A stretch of 60,490 bases of DNA. It comes from Perkinsus olseni (taxonomy: Eukaryota). Within the stretch, counting starts at the first letter, position 1, and each line of letters starts with the position of its first letter. Positions 23,601 through 33,626 of this stretch are shown piece after piece. The notes under the pieces were generated by a model. The model saw only the letters and a list, made by a program, of their open reading frames with translations. It was not told the DNA's origin and made no database searches. The DNA lies in NCBI GenBank assembly GCA_013115125.1, contig JABANN010000153.1:1-60490 (forward strand), given 5' to 3'. The translations under genes and the position numbers were made by a program.

Positions 23601-26600
23601 TCCGAAATTCGAACTTTCACTAAACCTCGATCTGATAATCAGATTCTGATTCGAACTTCGAATTTACTTTCACTTTGTGTTTGGTAGGGAAGTTTGAAGT
23701 TAAACTTTGAACATCTACTCGTTTTGTCATGCTTTTGGACGGCGATCCAGGGGAACACGTATTCAAGTTGCATTTTTTTAAAAATGAGTCGGACAAGGTG
23801 CAAGGTGTGGATTGATAGAAGAAATGCGGCTTTTCTTCGCCGAACGAATTGGGCTCTGTCTCGTTTTCTAAGAAGCCATAGGCGGGCCGCTGCGGGTCAC
23901 CCGCATCTCCTGAACGACGCTGTATGGTTGTCCATTTCTCCACGTATAGTGGGACTTCTGGGTATGGAACCACCATTGACTACGGTGCGTTCTCGAGTGA
24001 CCGTGCCTTTAATGTAACGAAGCTTGTGATCCCGTATTCCGTAATTCTGGTAGCATACTACCAGAATTTGCCCCTTCCCTTCGGCTGCCTTTTTTCTTCC
24101 GAAAAAACGCGATGGGCCAGAGTCGTGATTGCGAGCTTCAACATCACAAGAATAGCGCCGTCATTCTACCTTGCCTTCAGTGGGAGCAATTTAGCGAACC
24201 GATTGGCCGCTGGGATACGGATGTTCTAGCGGTCCCGGGCCGATGAAGACGTGTGTCAATAGAACAAGATATTTTGGGAAAACGGCTGTCCGGCAGCCCG
24301 TTTGATGATATGGGGTTGATACAGCAGCTGAATGAATGTACAATAGTGCTGGCTCAATATCCAATCATCCGACCCTTCCGAAACGTCCCTCGAGTACCCC
24401 GGAACCGTCGACGAGTATTTCCTCTCTCAAAGATCCTAGTTGGCACTGCGACGCGCGATGACTTCAACGACTTCGTGGGGCAGTGAGCCAAGCCACAATT
24501 CGCCCTGCTATAGCTAAACCGACCAAACGTATGTGTTCGGCCGCACCTTCCTATGGAAGAGACTCCACTGGCAATTCTGAAAATTGATCTTCAGCAAGGC
24601 CCGTGGTCATTCGGGCTTACGAGTCGTAAGTTACGACGATCAGAGGTCAAGTTTCACACTTGAAGTGTGGTACACTCGAGGCTTTGCTGATCATTCAGAT
24701 CATCAAGGCTTTTGTTGATGAGTGGTGAATCGAGAGGTTGTGAGCAAAGGAGGAAAGACCAACAGAAGTATATAAGTTATATACTTATAAGACTTGTAAG
24801 GTAGCATGCTGCGCGGAGCTATTATAACTCAGTTATATCATACTGCATAAGCAGACCGCTGAAGCAGACCGCCGGTGGTGGCCGACCGGCGGGGCCCGAA
24901 CAGAGGCAATTTCTGAGCTCTTCCACCCACACAGTCCAGACAATGGGAGTCCGTCCCTCCGCATCATGGGAACTCAGCGCGCGGCGTACTTGTGGCCTCC
25001 ATGCTTGGCTATTTGAAGTATCGCTATTCATCCATCGAAGGGTATTTCGGGCGATGCGGTATCGCAGTCCCTGGATGATATCGCCGCCGCTTGAGTTCCG
25101 AGCATTGTGAGTGGCTAACCTAAGCACAATCACGTATCACGAAGACACGCGAGAGAGGTCAGCCCACATGAACACACATCCGGCAAAGGCGAACGCGATT
25201 ATAGCGGCCAGCCAGGAGATCGCCACCATCAATACCACACATTGTATCTAATAGAGGGCCCATGAAGCAATGGTCAATGACTAACGATCATTGGAAGAAT
25301 ATAGCTACGGCCCCGAGCAGCGAGATGGTCCAGTGATAGTATCGGAATGAAGGTCTCCAGTCTGGGTCACCGAGGAGATGTAGCAGACAGCAACCTGATG
25401 CTCAGCAGTGGCCGGCGTCTTGGTGACGCAGGAGAAGTGATAGCTCACTTATGTTCACACACAGGTAACACATTAGGAAGCACATTGTCAGAATGGGCGC
25501 TATCGCATTTATCTCGCCGATGAGTATCGCGCACGTACCTAAGCGAGAGCATCCGAGCTTACACCTCACAGTGCTGAGGCTTTTCACAGATTCTTACAGA
25601 TGACTGTGGCGAGTGCGAGGGACGGGTAGGGTTCTTTGCCATCGCGGTTGCGGAAACAGTTGAGAAAGGGGGCTAGCATACCTGAAGTTATACCAGATTC
25701 TACAGCAATTTCCAATAACTGGCTCACCGTCAGTAGCGATCGCTGTGAGGAGCCTTGTCGCTGACGTGAGAGATTGCAGAGCCGCGCCGAGAGAGCCTGT
25801 ACACTAATGATCTAACTCCACCGACGGAAGCAGCTCACTGGCTAGAACTCCATAAACAACAACTTCTCGAACTGGCCATGCGCTAGTGCCTGGCAGCAGC
25901 AACTCATACAGGGGCGTACGGGTAACGGAGATGCTCCGCCCAAGGGGCTACTCGCGAAGAATCGATCGTGTAGAAGGAGCTTTCGGTCTGCCGTGGATCC
26001 GTAGAGGAAGCAGAAGGATAGGTAGATAATGGACGTGCCTAGCCGTAAGACGACCACTATCAGCACACTGACAATAGGCTAGAGCTATGCCTCTCCGAAA
26101 GGCTACTCAGCTGTGCGAAGAGAGTCCCTGTAGGGATGGACCTCTTGGGATCCTTCAGCTCGCTGCTGCGGTTACTACCGGCCATGATACCGGTACCTGT
26201 TGCGCGGAAAGCTAGTGAATGGTAATCAAGTCGCGTGTAATACATGCTGGGAACCAAAGGGCCACCATAGCGAAAAAGTTCCAAGATGTGCCGCTGTCAA
26301 GTGGAAAGGCAGTCTGGATGGCATCGTACTGCGGATCGGCGTTCTGGCCGAAGTGCCTAGCAAGATAGGAAACTGAAGGCCCTCAAAACAACGGGGAATG
26401 AAACACCGGCTAGACACTCCTGTGAAGCCTTCTTCCACGACCCAGGTATGATTGAGAACCGTACCTGTAAGTACGGGAATAGAATGTCTCCTCCACTAGG
26501 GCTCTACGGACCTGACGCGCCTACGCCGTTCTGTTACAGGTAGATCTTACGGTGTAGGACTTACGCGTATGATACAATCTTGAACAGAATTTCAAGTGAG

Positions 26601-27966
26601 AATACAGATTATGGTGGCAATCCAGTGCAATAGATTCGGCAGCTCCGAAATCCAATGACCAAGTCAACATTTGCCGAACAGGACGGAGAGAGCATCTTAC
26701 TTAACAAGTCTGGAGTGACTGCTGCAGCGTTTGCCGGGTCGTTTAAATACGCAAACTCGATCTCGCTCGTCAAGCCGGTGGGGCCTATGAAGCAGCCCAG
26801 AGCCATACCTGACACAGCTCATGTGGCGTGTATAGGGAAGCACATGCGTAGAATTTGTAAGATAGTTGATTGGTTTTTGAGGGGATTCGTAACAAGTGAG
26901 GTATTTGTATCTTCTGAGAGTAGCGAGGCAAAGAACGGGGCGGGCACGTACAGAGTATGACGAGGAGAACGATGGCGAGGAACAGGGTGGCGGCCCTGAG
27001 AGGAATGGCAGTGACGAAGGGATGCACCGTGCGGGCGCACGGGTGCTCTCAGTGTGCCTACTTTGAGACGTATTTTAAGCCTGCCCCAACGACTAATGCG
27101 GAGGCTGCGAGAACGATGAGACCTACGACTCTGACATTGGCGACTGAACCTGTGGAAGAAATACCATGTGAGTCGTTCGCTAACCGAGTAACCACCCAAT
27201 CGTCCCCACTCACCTACATCAGCCGGCTGGGCGCCAGGGGCTCCCGTCTCGAAGGCCTCTACCGTCCCTGCCATGGACCAAGATGCCTCCGCTGGAGCTT
27301 CTCGGGGGCTCACCGATAATGTACATCGCTGCACCGATCCCATTGGCCAAGAAGAAATTGAGGCCAACAGCTGAGCCAATGGCCGGCCCAAGAGATCGCC
27401 TGATCGAAGCCACTCTCGCTCACTACCGGTGTGCAGGGAGTCCCTGCCAGGGACCTACGATATCAAGTAATAGCTGCCGCCGGCTTTGACCTTCCCGTTG
27501 GTAGCCACTGCTGATAGGGAGAGGCTCGTGATGAATGTACCTACACGTGCCTCCGTCGTAAGATGGGCGATATCCGTCATTCGGCTCACAGGTGCAGCCT
27601 AGAAGTACAGCGCCGAAGCTCTGCCACACCCCAGCCAGGCCGACTATCCATGGGAGTCTCAGGAAGAGTAGGACTCCTAGGATGTTGGCCATACATGGGA
27701 GCATCTGCAATGCTGGTGGTGGATGGGGCTAGCGAACCTTCAGAACCCACCACTCCCTGAATCGTTCCCTGCTGAGTGAGAGCAGTATCCCCCTTGCCTT
27801 CCTCATTTGCCTGAGTTCGACCACCATTCTTCAGGGCTACTCTATAGGTCCGTAGACCCATAGGGAGAAGCATGCGTTGCCCCGGCATTGCTGTCAGCCT
27901 ACTCACCACAAGATCGATCTTGGCGGCGTCTGTGGTCTTCAGCTTGTCCTCCGTCGAATCACTCAT
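20679..27966 (-). CDS. SLC12 cation-chloride cotransporter #2 (KCC-like), multi-exon, with a 1781-bp intron
   Basis: [115 protein letters not shown] and the C-terminal [32 protein letters not shown] (stop 20679-20681). Confidence 0.93.
23236..24910. mobile_element. Unclassified palindrome-rich insertion inside SLC12 #2 intron (intron 23209-24989)
   Basis: The intron is about 30-fold longer than its neighbours. TTCTGAG occurs at 23229-23235 and 24911-24917 (candidate TSD). There are more than 15 short inverted repeats and a central decayed ORF. Element class unknown. Confidence 0.55.
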
Positions 27967-28325
27967 GCGTAATGAGCACGTGACTATGCCGAAGGATGCC
28001 CCTCTTCGTCAGACTCTAGTCGGGTCACATACCCGGCGACCGAGTCTTGCACGAAATCTAATCTCATAGGCTATGTTCGCTCACTGAGGTACGATTGCTA
28101 GGAGTGATAGCAGTCGCAACGCAGTCAGCCAACTTCTCTCGAGCACAGCAAGGTTTCATCGAAATTACCCCCTGCCTGCCTGCCTGCCGGGCGGGGCGGG
28201 CACTGCCGCAGTGCCCGGAGCTGCAATCTGCATTGACCTACTCAACACCGCGTCGCGGGGCAAAATATCTTGCATAATACTAGGGTTGAAATGATATGGG
28301 ATGATTAGGGTACGTATGGCTGGAG

Positions 28326-29658
28326 TCACCTGGCCTGGGCAGCAGCGGCGGCGGCGTTCATCTTAGCTTGCTGTTCTTGCATTTCCGCAACGGCCTTCGC
28401 CGCTAGCTGGACAGCCTTGGCCATGGCGCTTTCTGTCAGCACCGATTCCGACTCCGGACACTCCCCGAAGGTTGCCGCGAATTCCAGCGCAGGCCTAAAG
28501 ATGCTGTCTTGTCCCTACGCAACTGTCATCCGCCCTCTTACTCTGGGCCCTCGGGCATTCCCATCCGACGTCGCCTGGCTATCTGTGTTTTCAAGTTCAC
28601 CACTTCCGCATTCACCAGGAGAATCTGCAATACAAGACGCGGTTGAGATACTTGTGTAAAAAGTTCTCAACCAAAGCTGGAGCAGACCATGTAGCCTCGG
28701 CCTACTTTTTCGGACAGCAGTTCGCATTCCAAGCGAGCGAGCTCTTTCCGGAGACTCACCACGGTGGCCTCGACACCGTCGCCGGGAGTGTTGATTGTCG
28801 GACTAAGGCGCACAGGAGGACTGCGCGAGAGATTGTTTCCATTGTCCACTCACCCTCTTGGAGGCGTACCGGGTGCCTGTGTATCCCGAAAGGTGGGGTG
28901 AACAAGGGCCGTGGGAGACAAATTGTAGGTTCCATTAGGACCTGTCAACTCATGCTAACAGCTCAATCCCGGACCACCGTAGATCTTGCAATCTTACTCA
29001 AACTTACAGTTCCTCAAAAACCTACCTTGCACTGTATTATCGTGCTCTTGCCATGGTAAGAACTCTGAGTACCTCGGCCAGTGCTTTTGCGACCACAGCA
29101 CATACTCATTGGCCAGCTTCATCAACGGTGGAGGGACCTTCTGTCGTATAAAGCCGACCTCCTGGTGCTCGTCCAACAGCTTCCTCGCCTTCGATATCAT
29201 CTGGTCTAGCTTCTTCCGTATCTGCCCTGCCGTCTTCGGGACGGCCTTCGGGTTCAGACCGGACATCGCAGCAGCTATGTTCTGGTACAGCTGGTCGCGT
29301 AGTGCTGAACACAACAACGGATGTCCGAGCGACCAGGCTTGCGGTACGTACTGACGCTGCCCTCCTCCCGGGAGCGGAGAATCTCTCTGTTGTCAATAGC
29401 CATGTCAACGAGGAGCCGAGTTTCTGCATCCGAGAAGTGCTGGCGCGTAGGGCGTACAAGTTGCTGAGGATTAACCGTCATACTTCCCGAAGCGGAAGAG
29501 GATGGCTCCACCTGAAGAGTATCCTGTGAGCAGCACGAGGAGCAACCTAAGATACTCACCCCGGTGTTGATGCCAGCGCTGGTCATGGGAACCACCGAAG
29601 CCTCGTCCACATAGACCACTGAGTCAATCGGTGGTATCAGTCCTCCTGGACCCGACAT
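28326..29658 (-). CDS. Myb/SANT-like (trihelix-type) DNA-binding protein with C-terminal coiled coil, multi-exon
   Basis: RQHFSDAETRLLVDMAIDNREIL...LRDQLYQNIAAAMSGLNPKAVPKTAGQIRKKLDQMISKARK fits the Myb/SANT-like fold. Later SLRKELARLECELLSEK; Ala-rich end. Confidence 0.75.
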
Positions 29659-29744
29659 CAAGTCTCATCACTGAGATCACCGATAAGGCAATAATTACTC
29701 AAACCAAAACAATCTGTGTATAGAAGAAACGATTTGCACTATTA

Positions 29745-32700
29745 TTAGTAGTAATACAGTAACGATGCAGTGGACAGTCCTTTAGTCGACCTCGGGTTCG
29801 CTCTTAGGGGCCTCCAAAGGAGGTGTCACAGTAGGGCCATGAGCGTAGCACTTCCACGCGTACCTGAAGTTTGGAACGATGGCCCACTGGAAGCAGACGG
29901 TGAGGCTTCTTCCCATCACTACTCCTTATGCCAAGGTTTCAGCATGGCCGGGTGACTGCAGAGCAGCTCGGAGTGTATCCTGACGTCTGCGACGCCCTGC
30001 TCACCCACCTTAGCGTCTATAATAGCGTTACCGCCGACGGCTACGCAGGAGCGGCCTGGGGACCTGAGACCAAGAGAGTATCTCTTTCAACGCGCAATAC
30101 CAGGAGTTGAAGCGGTGAATTGATGGTATGCATCGTCTACGCAAACTAGTGCGCGCAGTTCGGAGCAAAAGAACTCTTGGATTGACCACGTCCAAGTAGG
30201 AGCTCGGTATGACTCGCGACTATGCGAAATCCACATCCGTTGCGGGCATGTGCCGAAATTAGAGGGCCCCAGTTAGCGAGAAAATCGAGAGGCTCGGAAG
30301 GCCTTCGTCGAGTATATTGTTCGTGTACTACAAGGAGTACTGCTTGAAACGGTACGAGCCATCGACCGAGCTAGCTGACTCACTTGTAGGCATATCCACT
30401 GTGAATAATCCTGCCCCTCCTTTGGGTAACCCCATCGTCCTCTATAGTGTCGACCTTCAGCATACCTCCGCCCATCACCTCCTTCACTATCGCCGGCCTG
30501 GGCGCTTCCGCTGGCCTGTTCAGTGTAACCTCGAGAAGAGCTGCTGTCCCTATCACCTCCTGATCTCAATCACCCTACCCCGTCCCCGGGCCGGCACGTC
30601 GAAGTCGCTTTCACGTCAGCACTGCGGAAAGTCTCATCGCACACGAAGGCGATGCGCGTTCGTATTTTGTCGTCAGGAGGTCCAGGCTTGGTGAGGATAA
30701 TCTGCTGCGGGTCGCTAACCGAGAAGTCGCTGGCGGCCGCGTCGTTCATGCTCATCAGCGACTCCCCTTCGTACCTGCAGAGCAGCTCAACCTGCCGCCT
30801 ACAAAACAGCCCCTACTACCCAACCAATGCCGTTGGAATGAGTGGCATCTCAGCATCAGGCATGCCGTCCATCCATCGTACCATAGCGGATGATTTGGAG
30901 TTAATAACGATAAGGCCGGAAGCGCCCGAAGCCTGGGCGTTAACGGTCTTGTTCTGGAAGAAGCAATTGCCGCGCCGGGCGACTGCTATCCATGGGATGC
31001 CCTGAGGAGGGATGATGAGATCGAGTTCATGAAGGCGATTTAACGCGCGCCAGACGCGTACATACCAGCTTTTAGTGAACGGGCAGAAGAATAACTGATA
31101 CAGCAGCGTAGTGATAGTACCCTAGCAGTCTCTAATGAAGTCAACATGAACCCCCAGAGTTTCTGGACGTACTACCCTTCTCTCGGCAATCCTGGCGGCT
31201 GCTGGGGCCTCAAAAGCTTTGCAACCGTCGCTCGATCCTTGCGGGACAGCAACAGGCGCCGCAGTGAGGTTAAAAAACCAGGGGGGATTGAAGATGCCCC
31301 CCGCGGCCTTCAGGGGTTGTCTATGGCCGGGTAGCTTCACCAGCAAATCCATCTGTATGGCACTAAGGGCATCACCCACGCCCTCCACCAGCACTTCTCG
31401 ACGCTCAGGATTGTACTTGACGTCATCAACCGAGCTCAGCAGGTCCACTGCCCGTGCTGTATCAGGCGTGAGGCCAAGCATCATTCGAAGATTGAAAGGA
31501 TGGCAGTACTCCCACACCTGCTCCCCCGAAGCGTAGTGCAGGCATGTGCCGGTCAGAGGCGCCAGCAGCTTGGTGAGGGCCTCGTCCGGCGGTCCGAGCT
31601 CAGAGGTCGGGCAGCAGGCCACGGACTCGACAGTGACTCCAGTGGCTCCCTTATCGAGAGCAACGTCGGAGATCTCGAAGAATCTCCGAGGCATGCCATT
31701 GCCCGAGCACCTTACTCCCAGTCCGGCGAGTTCACGGTAGGTTACAGTGTATTTCTTCTTCTCGCCATCTTCTGTCTCCTCAGCAACTTCGTACCGGTCT
31801 TTAGCGGGATAGGTACGTAGAATGGTGATAACACTGCCGTCGTCCAACTGCTCTCTTCGGCCAGGAACGCAGAGGCTTTCGAAGTCGAAGTCCTCCTTGT
31901 TGACAGAAGTCACATTCCGATCGCACTGGCAAGATTCTCTAACTTCCATACCGGGAGTCTCGTACTCCCTCTGGACGCTCCCATCACTCCTGAGCTCAGC
32001 CTTCCCCACAGGCTCCGCGCGGAGGAAATCCACTGTCACCGATTTACCCGGACAAAACTGAGAAGCGTGGAAGTCAATCGCCGAGCCGTCCGTACCCTGC
32101 ACTACCTCCCCGCCACCCTGCATGCCCGTACACCATCCAGACAGTTCGTGGCTGTAGGCGGCTGATAGCCGAGCCTCGGCAGCACGCTGCAAAGTATTTC
32201 CGTCATCATCCGATTGCTCGTCCCAGGTGCAAACGAACTGACCACCGGCGTCGGACCTGGCATCGATAGAATTATTATCAGCATCAAATCACTCCTGTCA
32301 CTGCAGAGCACAACGAAGGGCGCAATCTGGATGGGCGCGAGACGTCTAACGTGAGAGTCCCTGTGGCATACGGGACGACACGAATTTTGCATTTGACCTT
32401 CACGTCAGCAATCGAATACACAATAACGTCGAGCACAATCTAGTCGGATACAGAGAAGCTGCCAGAAAATAGAAATTTCGCAGTTTATTCTGTTCCCCAG
32501 GCCAATGACAGTCCGCTGGTCCCCAGCGCCCTATACTACGCTCCACCGAGCCGCAAGGTGACGAGGTCCTTGTCCGCTTTCTCGGGCGGTAAGCTGCCCC
32601 TGTATACAACCTGAAGGAACTCCTGATTGCCAGCACAGCTTGATGCCCCACCCGTCTCCTTACAACTCTGTTTTCTCCAATAGCTGGGTTGATCAATGCC

Positions 32701-32771
32701 CGCTCGGCGGCGTGGGACCGAGGTCCAAGAAGGCCCCCTAGGGCTGCAGAGACGATTACCTTAATATTCAT
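29745..32771 (-). CDS. Secreted/ER OS-9/erlectin-like protein: MRH-like domains with an inserted PA (protease-associated) domain
   Basis: Signal-like MNIKVIVSAALGGLLG. MRH-type segments WC...SQFCPGKSV, LTGTCLHYASGEQVWEYCHP, RTRIAFVCDE and VRIHSELLCSHP. PA motif DGCKAF...VARRGNCFFQNKTVNAQASGASGLIVIN...IPTALV. Confidence 0.7.
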
Positions 32772-33021
32772 TAACGCCAATAAAGGAGCATAAGAACGGC
32801 AAGGCATCAACGGCCATGCCAAAACTTACCAACTGACGACGAGACTCCCATCGAGACCGCACCTCTGGCCACCCTAGCGCCCCCGGCAAGACTATGGGGA
32901 TATTAAATAAACTCACTCTGAGTCTCAGCATGGATTTTCGGAACGTTTGCCTTGTTCAAACGGCATTTCCAACATAAGTGAGTCGTATGGGGGCCTTTCT
33001 TGACCATAGGAATCGCGAAGA

Positions 33022-33043
33022 GCAACGCAACGCAACGCAACGC
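33022..33043. repeat. (GCAAC)4 microsatellite in divergent intergenic region
   Basis: gcaacgcaacgcaacgcaacgc read directly. Confidence 0.9.
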
Positions 33044-33626
33044 CTATTACCGGGGCATTACACGCCTGAGGCGTATCGCCCATACTACGACCAATGCACT
33101 CAGGGGCAGTAACCAGTGGCAGCATCATCCCTCAACCCCATAGTATGAAGTACACACGGTGAAACATGATCGAAACGCTAAAACAAAAGAAACGTGGGAA
33201 GGAATGAGTACAACGACTAATCCGCAACTACACTATAGACGACTATGAGTATCAGCTAACCTCGTCGAGCAGCAATATGACCCATGCACAAGACAAACAG
33301 TACCGCAGCCTCGGTGATAATCATAGCGGCCAATCGACAGCGCTGAGACGAGAAGGGGGAATGGATAGTTGGAAAAATGGAGGGAGGGGGAGGAACTTTT
33401 GCCGCCACTCAGTCACCACCCGCTGGGTGATTGTCGAGCGCGGTAGGTTCGGTTTAGCTTTGTGTTAACACTCCCACGCCACGATGAGGCGCTAAACCTA
33501 TGGGAGTCGCGAAGAGCCTCACCCCTCAGACCGCGGTATGTGCGCAGTAACCGAAGAAAGTTTTCTTGCAAACTGCACGAAAGACACTTTTCCTCGTCGG
33601 CGGTAGTAGCAACGTTTTACTTTGGA

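Noticed and set aside
20679-24989. SLC12 #2 as a pseudogene disrupted by the insertion
   Set aside because: The insertion lies wholly within a GT-AG intron, the flanking exons join in frame (WRPQ|LLVL), and the conserved C-terminus is present.
23209-24989. Group I/II intron, hammerhead retrozyme, Helitron, CRISPR array or CRESS-virus origin as identity of the insertion
   Set aside because: By eye I found no domain V, P7 core, CUGANGA/GAAA core, terminal CTRR, repeat-spacer periodicity or exact TAGTATTAC nonamer. Covariance-model searches are still needed to exclude these properly.
29840-30694. Apparent + strand gene (ORFs 29770, 29928, 30317)
   Set aside because: Antisense shadow of the minus-strand MRH/PA gene, whose conserved C-terminus (ELLCSHP) occupies this interval.
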